Notes: generated by a model not told the origin, from the sequence alone. A DNA stretch of 64,000 nucleotides from Candidatus Spongiisociaceae bacterium (GCA_965262915.1 OZ253564.1:1568001-1632000), one strand, 5' to 3'. Positions 1 through 11,205 are shown, counted from the first letter of the stretch. Program-made: numbers and translations.

Positions 1-1
1 C

Positions 2-142
2 CATCCGCAGGAGTTTGCCCGCCTCCGGAAGGGCGAGCGCAAGCTGATCGGCTTCTTCGTAGGACGGGTGATGCGCCAGACCCGCGGCAAGGCCGACCCG
101 AAGTTGGCGAGCACCCTCATAAGGGCCCGCGCCGGGCTCTGA
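2..142 (+). CDS. gatB: Asp/Glu-tRNA amidotransferase subunit B, C-terminal end (truncated by window)
   Basis: Frame from base 2 reads ...[23 protein letters not shown]..., the GatB/YqeY C-terminal motif; TGA at 140-142. Confidence 0.85.
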   Translation, partial: HPQEFARLRKGERKLIGFFVGRVMRQTRGKADPKLASTLIRARAGL

Positions 143-351
143 GTGGGTAGGGCCGCGGCGGCTCAAAGCCGCACGGGTCGCCGTCGCTCTCCTGAGGGTG
201 TGCGGATAGGTGCTCACCTGGGGAAACACCGAGTGCGACGGTTGATGAGTACAAGGGCGGTGACCAAGGGTTCTTCGAGCTGGAGCCGGGTAGGGTCTCT
301 TGACAGGAGCGGTTACGGTCCGCCTATCCTCGCACCCTCTAAGCTGGGCGC

Positions 352-564
352 GTGGCTGAGTCCTGGGATTCCTGGCTGGTCGAGATCGACCGGATCGTCG
401 AACGGGTGAACGCATTCGTTCCGGTCGAGTTGGTGCTGGTGGTGGCGGTGGGCGCCACCGCGATGGTGGTGTGGTGGTTGATGCGAAAGCTGGGCCGTTT
501 GGCCTTCTACGCCGGAGTGGTGGGGGTCATCGCGTGGTGGTGGTACTTCGGCATACCTGACTGA
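352..564 (+). CDS. small membrane protein, hypothetical
   Basis: 70 aa with two hydrophobic helices; GC-rich third positions. Confidence 0.6.
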   Translation: MAESWDSWLVEIDRIVERVNAFVPVELVLVVAVGATAMVVWWLMRKLGRLAFYAGVVGVIAWWWYFGIPD

Positions 565-580
565 GACCGGCCGGCCGGTG

Positions 581-1030
581 TCAGCCCACGATTGCCTGGG
601 CTGCCCAGGCCGCTGCCAGGCCCCAAGCTCCCGCCACTACGTCGTCAGCGGTGATCCCCCAACCCCCGGGCAGGCCTTCCGCTCTCCTCACCAAGGGGAA
701 CCTCTTGGTGATGTCGGCGACCCGGAAGACCAGGAAACCGATCAGGGCCGGCCCGACCGACACGCCGATCGTGGCCAGAAAAGTCCCGGCCGCCTCGTCG
801 ACCACCACCCAGCCGGGATCACCCTCTTCCGCGAACTGGTGGCTCGCCCACACCGAGAGCACGGTCACCACCACCGCCGCTGCGAGTTGGGCCACCCAAC
901 CGACCCGGGCCAGCAGAAGGGCCGGTGCCAGAGCCACCAGCCCACCCACCGTTCCCGATCCTGCGTCCACCCCCCGCAAACGCCGGAGGATCAGCCCGCA
1001 CCCGAACCACGAAGCGATCAGCCGCGCCAT
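581..1030 (-). CDS. pgpA: phosphatidylglycerophosphatase A family protein
   Basis: WFGCG, DPGWVVVDE, FRVADITK and GGWGITADD motifs; start placed at MARLIASW. Confidence 0.85.
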   Translation of the reverse strand: MARLIASWFGCGLILRRLRGVDAGSGTVGGLVALAPALLLARVGWVAQLAAAVVVTVLSVWASHQFAEEGDPGWVVVDEAAGTFLATIGVSVGPALIGFLVFRVADITKRFPLVRRAEGLPGGWGITADDVVAGAWGLAAAWAAQAIVG

Positions 1031-1106
1031 GCGATGAGGGTAGTTCGGCCCGATCCTCGCGCGCCGAGGGGAGGAGAGGGTCTCAGTGGCCGCTACGCTC
1101 GAATGC

Positions 1107-3049
1107 ATGCAGCCGGCCGACCTTGCACTGATCACGCGCGTGTCCGATCCTCAGATACATCCGGACGGCCGCCGGATCGCCTTCGTCGTGACCACCATCG
1201 ACCTTGGGGAGGACCGGTACCGGTCGGCGTTGTGGCTCTGGGACGGCGATGTGCGGCAGCTGACCTACGGTTCCAACGACTCGGCGCCACGCTGGTCGCC
1301 CGACGGCCGTACGTTGGCCTTCGTGCGGAAGGGGAGTGAGCGTAAGGACCCGACCCAGTTGGCCGTCATGCCCTCCGACGGCGGGGAGGCACAGGTGATC
1401 ACCGACTTCGAGTTGGGCGTGCGGGGTCCGATGTGGTCTCCCGACGGCGGCCTGCTGCTTGTCACGGCTACCGAATGGACCTCCGAGTGGGCAGGCTTCG
1501 ACAAGGACGAACGGGCCCGGCGACCCCGGAGAATCACCGGGTTCGACACCCGGCTGGACAACCGGGGCTGGCTGCACGACCGACGCGACTACGCGTACGT
1601 GATCGATCCGGGCGGCGGGGCGGCGCCCCGCCGAGTCGGGACTTCCGACGAGTCGGAGTCCGGTCCGTTGTGGTCACCGGACGGAGCCAACGGTCGGGCG
1701 GTCCTGGTCACCCAGCCGTGACCAACCGGAGGTCTCTCGAGAGCGGTTCCGAGGTGGTCGAAGTGGAAGTGGATGGGGGCGCGGAGACGATACGGGCGCG
1801 GCGGTCCGGTTACTACCTGGCGGATTACGACCCGCAGGGCGCGCTGCACGCGATCGGGAACCCCGGACCCGAATATCCCTACGTGTTCTCGCTGTGGCGG
1901 CTCGACGATCCGCCGGTTGACGTTACCGGCCACATAGACCGGAGCATCGACGGCTTCGCCACCCCGTCCGCCATCGACCGCCCCATCTGGCTGGATGAGG
2001 GTTTCCTCTGCGGGGTGATCGACCGGGGTCGGGGCCATGTGGCGGCCTTCGATGCACGCGGGCGCACCCGGACGGTGCTGGGCGGCGACCGCTATATCAC
2101 CGGAGTCTCGAGGTCCGCGTCCGGGAGGCTGGCTTTCACCGCCACCGACCCGACCTGTCCGGGCGAGTTGTACGAGCGGGGTCCCGATGGCGAGGAGTGC
2201 TGTCTGACCGACTTCAACGGGGAGTTCCGGTCCGGCGGTGGATTGGTCCGTCCCGGGTTCTCCACCGTCGAGAGCGCTCCGGGAGTGGAGGTGGACACCT
2301 GGGTCTACGTGCCGCATGGCGAGGGTCCGTTCCCGGTTCTGCTCAACATCCACGGCGGCCCGGCTTCGGAGTACGGGTTCTACTTCTTCGACGAGTTCCA
2401 GGTCTACGTCTCGGCCGGTTACGCGGTGGTGGCTTCCAACCCGCGCGGCTCGGAAGGGCGCGGTCACGACTGGCTGCGGGCGGTGACCGGCGACGGCTGG
2501 GGCCGGGTCGACATGGAGGACATCACCGCGGTTGTCGACCGGGCACTCGGGACCGACCCGCGCCTCGATCCGTCCCGGGTAGGGATCATGGGAGGTTCCT
2601 ACGGGGGGTTCCTGACCGCCTGGGCCATAGCCCGCGACGACCGCTACCGCTCAGCGGTGGTGGAGCGGGCCCTGATCGACTGGGAGTCGTTCGGGGGGAC
2701 CTCGGACATCAACCGTGACTTCGCCGGGCTGTACCTCGCTCCGGCCACGCCCGCCGATCACGAGGCGCTGTGGGAGGCCAGTCCCATCGCCGCCGCCGGC
2801 CGGATCACCACGCCCACCCTCATCATCCACTCGGAGAGCGACCTGCGCTGTCCGATCGGCCAAGCCGAGCAACTCTTCACGGCCCTTCTGCGAAACGGGA
2901 TCGACACCGAGATGGTCCGCTTCCCCGACGAGGGCCACGAACTGAGCCGCAGCGGGGCGCCCCGCCATCGTGTCGAGCGCTTCGAGCACATCCTCGCTTG
3001 GCACGCCCGCCACCTTGGGCAAGCCAGTTCCGGGAAGGCCGGTACCTGA
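1107..3049 (+). pseudogene. S9 family peptidase (acylaminoacyl/dipeptidyl peptidase), split by a frameshift near 1690-1721
   Basis: N-half has WD40/PD40-like WSPDG repeats and stops at 1721; C-half in another frame has IHGGP, GGSYGG (catalytic Ser), DLRCP and EGH. Confidence 0.8.
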
Positions 3050-3156
3050 GGGGCGGTCGGTACTGTGGAAGACAGCGACCTCCGGACAAGGCCTGATGGA
3101 GGGACTGGCGCGGCGGTGCCTGTCCGCGGATCGGCGAGCGCTCTAAGATGACATGC

Positions 3157-4068
3157 ATGGATACGGCGAGATACATCTGGATGGACGGACGGCTGGTGAA
3201 CTTCGAGGACGCCACGGTCCATGTACTTACTCACGCCCTGCACTACGGCACCGGAGTCTTCGAGGGTATCCGGGCCTACGAGGCTGCGGGGGGTACCGCC
3301 GTATTCCGCCTCCGGGAGCACATCGACCGGATGATTCGCTCCGCCAAGGCGTACCAGATGGACGTGGGGTACACCGCGGAGGAGCTGGTCGAGGCTTCCA
3401 AGGAAGTGGTGCGAGCCAACGAATTCAGATCGGCCTACATCCGCCCGATCGTGTTCCTCGGTCTCGGCGCTCTGGGTCTGGACCCGAGGAACGCCAAGGT
3501 CCAGGCCGCCATCATCACGTGGCAGTGGGGCGCATACCTGGGCGAGGAGGGGATCCGCAACGGTATCCGCGTCAAGGTCTCGTCCTGGCGGCGCTTCTCC
3601 CACGACGCCTTCCCCAACGCCAAGGCCACCGGGACCTACATCAACTCGATCCTGGCCAAGCGAGACGCGGTGGCCGACGGCTACGACGAGGCGCTGATGC
3701 TCAACTCCGACGGGGCCATCTCGGAGGGGTCCGGCGAGAACCTCTTCCTGATGCGGGACGGGGTCATCTACACGCCACCGCTGTCCGCCGGCTGCCTCGA
3801 CGGGGTGACGCGCAACTCCGTGATGACCCTGCTCTCCGACGACGGTTACCGCGTCGTCGAGAAAGTGATCCACCGTTCGGACCTCTACTACTGCGACGAG
3901 TTGTTCATGACCGGGACCGCCGCCGAGGTGACTCCCGTCCGCGAGGTGGACAACCGCCCGGTCGGACCCGGCCATCCCGGCCCGATCACCCGGAGAGCGC
4001 AGCAGATCTATGCCGATGCCTACAGTGGCAAGCTCGATGCCTACACGCACTGGCTCGACTACCTCTGA
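3157..4068 (+). CDS. ilvE: branched-chain amino acid aminotransferase
   Basis: LHYGTGVFEGIRAY, AKATGTY, EGSGENLF, GTAAEVTP. Confidence 0.95.
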   Translation: MDTARYIWMDGRLVNFEDATVHVLTHALHYGTGVFEGIRAYEAAGGTAVFRLREHIDRMIRSAKAYQMDVGYTAEELVEASKEVVRANEFRSAYIRPIVFLGLGALGLDPRNAKVQAAIITWQWGAYLGEEGIRNGIRVKVSSWRRFSHDAFPNAKATGTYINSILAKRDAVADGYDEALMLNSDGAISEGSGENLFLMRDGVIYTPPLSAGCLDGVTRNSVMTLLSDDGYRVVEKVIHRSDLYYCDELFMTGTAAEVTPVREVDNRPVGPGHPGPITRRAQQIYADAYSGKLDAYTHWLDYL

Positions 4069-4110
4069 GAGCCTGTCCGGGAAGCTGGCCCGCCTGCTGT
4101 CCCGGCCGGG

Positions 4111-4650
4111 TTGGCAAGGCGCCTGGTCCACCTGATGGGGCAGCAGCCGAACATCGAACTCGTGGCGGCCGAGCGTCCGGTGAAGGACCTGGAGCGGGCG
4201 GCCGAGCGCCGGTGGACACCGTGCCGCCCCGGAGAGATCACATCGCCGTCGGACATGCCCTCGGGAGGGTCGTTCGGGCGACCCGGCCCCGATACCGGGT
4301 GGGGACTGCGGATGATCAGGGCGGCTTCCTTCGACCGGGGTCGGCGGCCGCGCGACCTGGAGAACCTCCTGTGCGCCTTGGTGGGCGCCCGGGCCTCCCA
4401 CGCCCGCCGGGGACCGGCCCGCGAGGATGTGGAGGTGGCTCTGTCCCTGGTGGGTCTGGATGAAGGCTACACGGCGCTCGGTGGATCTCCCGACCGCCTG
4501 GAGCAGCGCCGGGAGAGATGGTTGGACGCGCTGGCCCACGATCCGTGGCCGGGCAGATCGGCGCTGGAGGCCGTCCCGACCGACCTGCTCACCGACACGC
4601 CCTCCCGGGTCCGGGCCCGCCTCCTGGCCGATCCCTCCCTGGTCGGCTGA
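4111..4650 (+). CDS. hypothetical protein (start uncertain, possibly ATG 4135)
   Basis: Co-oriented ORF between ilvE and the FAA hydrolase; FGRPGPDTGWGL motif; typical codon bias. Confidence 0.65.
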   Translation: MARRLVHLMGQQPNIELVAAERPVKDLERAAERRWTPCRPGEITSPSDMPSGGSFGRPGPDTGWGLRMIRAASFDRGRRPRDLENLLCALVGARASHARRGPAREDVEVALSLVGLDEGYTALGGSPDRLEQRRERWLDALAHDPWPGRSALEAVPTDLLTDTPSRVRARLLADPSLVG

Positions 4651-4752
4651 GGTAACGGGCCGCCGTGGATACCTCGACCCCGGAAGTCGCACGCACGCCC
4701 CGCTCCGGGCGGCAGGAACCGCCCGCCCGGCCGGTTCCGTTGGGATGACCCG

Positions 4753-5514
4753 ATGAAGATCGTCCGGATGCAGACCCCGGAGGGGATCCGTTACGGCGGC
4801 GTGGAGCCGGAAGGGATCCGGATCTACGACGGGACGCCGTTCGTCGCCTGGCAACCGACCGAGGTGGTGATCGACTTCGGACAGGCCCGGCTGCTGGCGC
4901 CCGTGTTCCCCACCAAGGTGGTGGGTGTGGGTGGCAACTATCCGTTGCACGTCGAGGAGATGGGGCGTCGGTTCCCCGACCTGCCCAGCCTGTTCATCAA
5001 GCCCTCCACCTCCGTTATAGGACCCGGCAAGCCGATCGTGCTGCCCGCCCTGTCCGGCGAGGTACATCACGAGGCCGAGTTGGCGGTTGTCATCGGCAAG
5101 GTGGCCCGCAAGGTGGCGGTCGAGGACGCCTCCGGCGTGGTCCTCGGTTACACGGCCGGCAACGACGTGACCGCCCGGGATCTCCAGCGCGAGGACGGCC
5201 AGTCGACCAGGGCCAAAGGCTTCGACACTTTCTGCCCGCTCGGACCTGCCATCGAAACCGAGTACGACCCTCTCGAGGACTTCTCCCTGGAGTGCCGGGT
5301 CAACGGCGCCGTGCGGCAGGGTACGTCCATAAATGACATGATCTTCGGGGTCGCCGAGCTGATCGCTTTCGTGACATCGGTGATGACGCTGCTGCCCGGT
5401 GACGTGATCATGACCGGCACGCCTTCCGGGGTCGGGCCCGTCAGGCACGGCGACCTGGTCGAGGTCGTCCTGGAGGGGGTCGGCACGCTCTCGAACCCGG
5501 TGGTGGCCGAATGA
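4753..5514 (+). CDS. fumarylacetoacetate hydrolase family protein
   Basis: HEAELAVVIG, NDVTARDLQ, KGFDTFCPLGP, GDVIMTGTP; usual neighbour of gltX in actinobacteria. Confidence 0.92.
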   Translation: MKIVRMQTPEGIRYGGVEPEGIRIYDGTPFVAWQPTEVVIDFGQARLLAPVFPTKVVGVGGNYPLHVEEMGRRFPDLPSLFIKPSTSVIGPGKPIVLPALSGEVHHEAELAVVIGKVARKVAVEDASGVVLGYTAGNDVTARDLQREDGQSTRAKGFDTFCPLGPAIETEYDPLEDFSLECRVNGAVRQGTSINDMIFGVAELIAFVTSVMTLLPGDVIMTGTPSGVGPVRHGDLVEVVLEGVGTLSNPVVAE

Positions 5515-6977
5515 TCTCCGGGCAGGTCCGCCTCCGCATCGCCCCTTCGCCCACGGGTTACCTGCACATAGGAAACGTCCGGGCGGCCCTCTTCAACTGG
5601 CTGTACGCCCGGCGTCACGGCGGCGTGTTCATCATCCGCATCGACGACACGGACCGGGCCCGCTCGGACGACCGCTACATCGAGGACGTCGTGGAGGGTT
5701 TCCGCTGGCTGGACCTGGATTGGGACGAAGGGGTCGAGGTGGGGGGTCCGCACGGAACCTACCGGCAGTCCGACCGTTTCGGGCGTTACCGGGCGGCGGC
5801 CGAGGCTCTGCTCGACAACGGCCGGGCCTACTACGACTTCCGCTCGGCGGAGGATCTGGAGGAACTGAGGGCCCGGGCCCGCCGGGAGAGGAAACCCCCC
5901 GGCTACTACATCCGGCGCCCTCCCGGCAGCGATCCCGCGGACCACCGGCGCCGCCTGGCGGCCGGGGAGCGGGGCGTGGTGCGTTTCTCGACACCGGGCC
6001 ATGCGGTGGGGTTCACCGACCTGGTCCGGGGCGAGGTCCGCTTCGAGGCGGACGCCATCGACGACTTCGTGATGCTCCGCTCGGACGGCTCCCCCACCTA
6101 CCACCTGGCCTCGACGGTGGACGACATCGACTACCGCATCACGCATGTGGCCCGCGGCGAGGACCTGCTCTCGTCGACCCCCAAGCACATCCTCCTGACC
6201 GAGGCGCTGGGGGGTGACCACCCGGTCTACGCCCACCTGCCGCTCCTGTTCGGTGCGGACGGGCGGAAGCTCTCCAAACGCCACGGCGACACCGCGCTCC
6301 GGGCCTACCGGGAGGGCGGGTACCTGGCTTCGGCGATGTTCAACTACCTGAGCCTGCTGGGCTGGTCGCTCGATGCCGACACCGAGATCTTCGGCCGGGA
6401 CGAGGCGGTCGCAGGCTTCGACCTGACCAATGTCCAGAAGAGCGCGGCGGTGTTCGACCCCGAGAAGCTGGGCTGGATGAACGGCGTATACATGCGGGCC
6501 ATGGCCCCCGAGACCTTTGTGAGCATTGCCGTCGACTCGGTCGAGGAGGACCTGGGTCGGGCTCTCGACGACGACGAGCGAGGCCGCCTGGCCGGTCTGG
6601 CGCCGCTGATACAGGAGCGGGCCAGGCTCACCACCGAGATCGGTCCCGCGGCGCGCTTCCTCTTCGCCGACATCACCTACGACGAGAAGGCCTGGCGCAA
6701 GGTCATGAAGGCCGACGCCGGTCGGGCCCTGGCCGCGGCCCGCGCAGCACTCGAAGCCATCGAGGACTGGACCACCGAGCGCATCGAACAAGCGCTGCGG
6801 GCCATGCTTGCCACCGAGAGCCTGAATCCCCGCAAGGGCTGGCAACCGATCCGGGTGGCGATCACCGGTTCCAACGTCTCACCACCCCTGTTCGAGAGCC
6901 TGGCCGCCCTCCCCCGAGATGTCGCCATCGCCAGGATCGTCGCAGCCTTGGAGCGTCTTGGCGGGACAGACGGTTGA
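5511..6977 (+). CDS. gltX: glutamate--tRNA ligase
   Basis: APSPTGYLHIGN (HIGH) and KLSKR (KMSKS) motifs, SPPLFES anticodon-binding domain. Confidence 0.96.
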   Translation: MISGQVRLRIAPSPTGYLHIGNVRAALFNWLYARRHGGVFIIRIDDTDRARSDDRYIEDVVEGFRWLDLDWDEGVEVGGPHGTYRQSDRFGRYRAAAEALLDNGRAYYDFRSAEDLEELRARARRERKPPGYYIRRPPGSDPADHRRRLAAGERGVVRFSTPGHAVGFTDLVRGEVRFEADAIDDFVMLRSDGSPTYHLASTVDDIDYRITHVARGEDLLSSTPKHILLTEALGGDHPVYAHLPLLFGADGRKLSKRHGDTALRAYREGGYLASAMFNYLSLLGWSLDADTEIFGRDEAVAGFDLTNVQKSAAVFDPEKLGWMNGVYMRAMAPETFVSIAVDSVEEDLGRALDDDERGRLAGLAPLIQERARLTTEIGPAARFLFADITYDEKAWRKVMKADAGRALAAARAALEAIEDWTTERIEQALRAMLATESLNPRKGWQPIRVAITGSNVSPPLFESLAALPRDVAIARIVAALERLGGTDG

Positions 6978-6996
6978 TCCGGCCAGACCGGTCGCG

Positions 6997-7240
6997 GTCA
7001 GAATCCTTTGAAGGGATCGACGGTCTCAGTGTCCGTCGATCCCTGTCCTGGGTTCAAGTCCCGATAGTAAGCCGGGTGCAGCCACCTTCAACAGTGGCTT
7101 CGATGATCATGGCATCCCATATTGAAATGACATTCGAGGATACCGCTTCAAGGGGCGCGCGATTCCGCGGCTAACAGCAGCTCCTTCATGCCAAAGGTTG
7201 GTGGCGAGTCGACTCCATCCTGAGCGGAGGTCACTGCTTC
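6997..7240 (-). pseudogene. PIN-domain (VapC-like) toxin remnant
   Basis: Minus-strand fragments SIWDAMIIEATVEGGCTRL and DLNPGQ...VDPF across a frameshift resemble the VapC C-terminal consensus. Confidence 0.55.
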
Positions 7241-7271
7241 TTCCCGTGTTGGCCGATGCGGAAAGGACTTA

Positions 7272-8873
7272 TTAGTCCTGTTTGAGAACGATTCGTTGAT
7301 TAGCCGGAAACGGTCCTTTGAAGACCTGCTTGTCCCGTCCCGGCCACCACACGATGAACTCGTCTATCTGCTCGAAGTCGCCCAGGCCGAAATGCAACAC
7401 CTCCCAGGACTTGCCGGGCGAACCCGTCGAGCCATGGAGGACACGTCGGTCGAGAACCGCCCCGTCGATGCGCGCTTCTACCTCGGCGCCATAGGCGTAG
7501 CCCGAGCGGGGTTCGAGCGCAACGTGCATCCAGTTTCCGGCGTTCTCGGTGCGGTTCTCGAGCAGCCTGAAGGTCGCCGGGGACTGGTAGAACTGTACGA
7601 GGTCCAGGTCACCATCGCCGTCGTAGTCGGCCACGGCCGTCCCGCCCCCAGCCGGTCGCGGCCGCGAGTCAGGATCATCAATGTGCATGACCAGATCCAT
7701 CGTGTAGCCCGCCTGCTGGTCGGCCGTGAATATGAAGTCGGCCTGGCGCGGCGCGTCGGGTACCGTTTCTCCCAGGCTCATACTGATGAGGTCCTCCGGT
7801 GTGGAGAGGAGCGCCGAGTTGGTTACGAAGATGTCGAGGTACCCGTCGTGGTTGAAATCCTGAGCCTGGGGGGACCACGCCGAGTGGTAGAGGGTCGCCT
7901 CCCGAATCCCGGTCGACAGCGCTGCGTCTTCGAACGGGCCGTCGGGACGACCGAGCCAGAGCTGGTCCGGGCCTAGGTCCGCCACATAGAAGTCCCACAA
8001 TCCGTTTCGGTCGAAGTCAGCTATTGCATTGCCCATGCCGTGGTTGTACACCGCAAGACCTTCCCGAACCGCAATGTCCTCGAACTCCCCGGAGCCCTCC
8101 TGGTTGATGTACAGAGCGTTCGCGGCGAAGTCCTGCGTCATGAAGACGTCTAACCAGCCGTCACGGTCGTAGTCGATGAACGCGAAGCTGTGCACTGCGC
8201 CCGCGTCTCGGGCCCCCGGCGCCGGCTCGACCGCTTCCCACGAGCGGCCGTCGACATTACGGAACAGGAAAGTCGAGCTCCATTCGGTGGGGTGCAGGAG
8301 CGAGCATCCGTAATCGCTGTCCGTGAACTCGCAACTCTTCGGCTCGGGCAGCAGCGTATGACCACCGATGATGTCGAGATCGTGGTCACGGTCGAAGTCG
8401 AACAGGGCGATGGCCGGGATCCCGTAGGACTGTCCCAATTCGGGCTGCATCGGGGGCGTGACGCCCGTGAGTTCTTCGAACCGGAGGTTTCCCGCGCCCA
8501 TAAGGATCGTTACGGCCGGCGGCGCATGGCCGATCACGATGTCGACATTGCCGTCGCCGTCCAGGTCGCCTGTGGAGCATGACATCGCGATGAAGGTGGT
8601 GACCGGCTGGAGATGGTGGGCTACGAAGGTCCCATCGCCGTTGTTGAGGTGGATGTCGATGCCCGGGTCGATGCCCGGGTCGGTAATCGGTCCCAGCAGC
8701 AGATCCGGTCTTCCGTCCGCGTTGAAGTCATCGAAGACGATGCATCCGAAGTTCTTGTAGGAGAGCCCTGCGTCAAGCGTGACATCGATGAACTCGATGG
8801 GCTCTACCGGGTAATTGGGGGTGGCCAGGGTGTCGCTGGTGGCGTCGGCGCAGGCGACGATTGTCACGGCCAT
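7272..8873 (-). CDS. FG-GAP repeat / CRTAC1 (ASPIC-UnbV) family secreted or lipoprotein (start may be further upstream)
   Basis: Repeated D(F/Y)(N/D)xDGxxD Ca-binding loops; C-terminal LHFGLG...VWWPG ASPIC/UnbV motif; lipobox-like IVAC. Confidence 0.85.
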   Translation of the reverse strand: MAVTIVACADATSDTLATPNYPVEPIEFIDVTLDAGLSYKNFGCIVFDDFNADGRPDLLLGPITDPGIDPGIDIHLNNGDGTFVAHHLQPVTTFIAMSCSTGDLDGDGNVDIVIGHAPPAVTILMGAGNLRFEELTGVTPPMQPELGQSYGIPAIALFDFDRDHDLDIIGGHTLLPEPKSCEFTDSDYGCSLLHPTEWSSTFLFRNVDGRSWEAVEPAPGARDAGAVHSFAFIDYDRDGWLDVFMTQDFAANALYINQEGSGEFEDIAVREGLAVYNHGMGNAIADFDRNGLWDFYVADLGPDQLWLGRPDGPFEDAALSTGIREATLYHSAWSPQAQDFNHDGYLDIFVTNSALLSTPEDLISMSLGETVPDAPRQADFIFTADQQAGYTMDLVMHIDDPDSRPRPAGGGTAVADYDGDGDLDLVQFYQSPATFRLLENRTENAGNWMHVALEPRSGYAYGAEVEARIDGAVLDRRVLHGSTGSPGKSWEVLHFGLGDFEQIDEFIVWWPGRDKQVFKGPFPANQRIVLKQD

Positions 8874-9363
8874 GGCGAGAAGCGAAACCGCCGGACGCCG
8901 CCAACCCGTACGCCATCCTCTGCTATGCGACGAGATCACAGCGAAAAGGCCGCGATCACAAATAGGCTGATGATCTGCCGGTCCTGGCGCAGACGGGCTC
9001 ACAGCGCGGCTTGCCGATCCGATCCCAGCGATACGGGTCTTCTTCAAGATGATTCCTAACGTCGCATCAGGAAACAACATACAGGTCGACGCGGACGGTT
9101 TCGATTATCAGCGCGCCTGGCTCGAACCTTAGACCGTATCCCGGTCTGATGTCAGGTACGTCTCTCAGCCGGCGTCGGCAGCCGGATCGACGGCGACATC
9201 GATGATCATGTCTTCTTGTCATCCCACGACGCCGCGGCGTTCCATCTCGGGTAGGACATCCTTGGTGTCGACGTCGAACAGCCATGGAGAGAGCCGAAAC
9301 CGCCGACCCCGGCCAACCGGTGCGCCATCCTCTGCTGCCCGGCGAGATCACAACGAGAAGGCC
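8870..9363. repeat. collapsed relic of a tandem duplication (mosaic of dmpG 3' end, SBP upstream region, permease fragment and FG-GAP leader)
   Basis: 9037-9278 resembles 12421-12661; 8958-9030 resembles 9688-9760; 8870-8952 resembles 9282-9363. Confidence 0.85.
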
Positions 9364-9382
9364 ACGCTCGACATCACGCGGC

Positions 9383-10435
9383 TCACAGGTTGCGCTGACG
9401 CCTGACCTGATCGAGGGCGACAGCGACGATCAGCAACCCTCCGGTGACGGCAAACTGCCAGCCGGGCCGGGTGGCTTTGATGATGAGCCCCGTCTGCAAC
9501 GTGATGGGTATGAACGCACCGATCACCGTGCCGAGGATGGTGGCTGCGCCACCGAAGAGGGACGTGCCGCCGAGCACCACCGCGGTGATCGCATCAAGCG
9601 CGGTGAAGGCGTGGCCGCCCAGGTTGGTCGCCGCAAATCTGGCGACGTCGAGCAGCCCGGCGAGACCACAACAGAAGCCGACCAGCGCAAACAGGCTGAT
9701 GATGTGCCGGTCCTGGCGGAGCCCGGCCCGCAGCGCGGCTTGCCGATCCGATCCCAGCGCAACAGTCCGTAGGCCATACCTGGTCCGTTTCAGCACGATC
9801 CCGCCGCTGATCGCCACGACGGCCATGATGATCACCATGGCCGGGATCACGTCGAAGAGCTCCAGGGCGGCAAACTCGCTCTGCAGCTGCCGGGGGATGT
9901 ACTGGATGTTGATACCACCGGTGAGACCCAGCGCTGCGCCTTGGAGAACGCCAAACATACCCAACGTGACGATGAACGAGTTGACGTGCAGCTTGGTGAC
10001 GAGCAAACCGTTCACGATCCCGATAAGGGTGCCGACGACAATCGCCGCACTGAAGCCGACGATGAGGGCGATGGTGAGATTCGGGTAGATGCGCTGTGAC
10101 ACCTGCTCCGTGGTACCCGCCAGGTCGACGATCAGCCTCGCCGCCACGATCTGGCACACCACGATGTTGGTACCCACCGACAGGTCCAGTTCACCGGCAC
10201 CCAACAGATACGTCATGCCGACCGCAACGATGATCAGAACCGAAGCGTTGGTAGCCATGCTCCTGAAGTTGGTGAACCTCAGGAACACGCCTTCGGTCAG
10301 CACCGCGAAGATCACGATGGTGAGGACCAGGAACACAGTAACCCAGAAGACGCTGCTCCTGGTCAACAGCCAGCGCACGACCCGCTGGCCCCGGCTTTGC
10401 TCCTCCTGCGTACGCGGGTCGGCTGCCACCGCCAT
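9383..10435 (-). CDS. monosaccharide ABC transporter permease (RbsC-like)
   Basis: ELDLSVG, SFIVTLG, LDAITAVVLGGTSLFGG motifs. Confidence 0.93.
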   Translation of the reverse strand: MAVAADPRTQEEQSRGQRVVRWLLTRSSVFWVTVFLVLTIVIFAVLTEGVFLRFTNFRSMATNASVLIIVAVGMTYLLGAGELDLSVGTNIVVCQIVAARLIVDLAGTTEQVSQRIYPNLTIALIVGFSAAIVVGTLIGIVNGLLVTKLHVNSFIVTLGMFGVLQGAALGLTGGINIQYIPRQLQSEFAALELFDVIPAMVIIMAVVAISGGIVLKRTRYGLRTVALGSDRQAALRAGLRQDRHIISLFALVGFCCGLAGLLDVARFAATNLGGHAFTALDAITAVVLGGTSLFGGAATILGTVIGAFIPITLQTGLIIKATRPGWQFAVTGGLLIVAVALDQVRRQRNL

Positions 10436-11205
10436 CAGCCGCTGGGCCCGTCTGATTCCCCGATGGCCGCACCCATCATGATGTCGATGACGCTCCGGAC
10501 CGACAGGTCCTCTGCCGGCTCTATCGCCACCACTCGGCCGTGCCTCATGACGGCGACCTTGTCAGCGAACTCCAACACCTGCCGGAGGTCGTGAGACACG
10601 ACCACGACGGCGACGCCCGAAGCGGCGGCTGCTTCCATTGCGTTGTAAACCATGGCCGTCTGCTGTGCGCCGAGGGCCGCGGTGGGCTCGTCCATCATCA
10701 TGCAGCCATAGCCGTAGGTCAACCCGCGGGCAACCGCCAGCGACTGGCGCTGCCCGCCCGAAAGGTTCCGTACCGGCTCGGTGATCTTGGGGAGCGATAT
10801 CTGGAGACGGCTCAGCCGCTCCTCCGTTTGTCTGGCGGCGGCTTTACGGTCCAGAAAACCGAGCTTTCCGGCAAACCCGCCCACCACCGGCTCATGTCCC
10901 AGAACGAGGTTCTCGGCCGCGGTGAGGTCAGGCGCCAACGCTAGGTCCTGGTAGACGATGTGAACACCACGTTCGTGAGCATCACGGACGCTGTGGAAGT
11001 TGACGACCTCACCCTCGAACTCAACGTGCCCTTCGTCCGGAACCAACTCTCCACCCAGGACCCGGACCAGCGTCGTCTTACCGGCACCGTTGTCTCCCAC
11101 CAACGCCAGCATCTCGCCGGAATGGACCGCCAACGTTGTCCCGTTCAGGGCGCGGATATGCCCGAAGTCGACGACGACATCGCGAGCTTCCATGAGCGGT
11201 TGCAC
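10435..11205 (-). CDS. monosaccharide ABC transporter ATP-binding protein
   Basis: GDNGAGKT, LSGGQRQ, MMDEPTAALG. Confidence 0.93.
   Translation of the reverse strand: MQPLMEARDVVVDFGHIRALNGTTLAVHSGEMLALVGDNGAGKTTLVRVLGGELVPDEGHVEFEGEVVNFHSVRDAHERGVHIVYQDLALAPDLTAAENLVLGHEPVVGGFAGKLGFLDRKAAARQTEERLSRLQISLPKITEPVRNLSGGQRQSLAVARGLTYGYGCMMMDEPTAALGAQQTAMVYNAMEAAAASGVAVVVVSHDLRQVLEFADKVAVMRHGRVVAIEPAEDLSVRSVIDIMMGAAIGESDGPSG

Noticed and set aside
2758-5448. 896-aa minus-strand ORF and similar long antisense ORFs (e.g. 5148-6845, 60305-61771)
   Set aside because: Shadow frames of well-supported genes in high-GC DNA.
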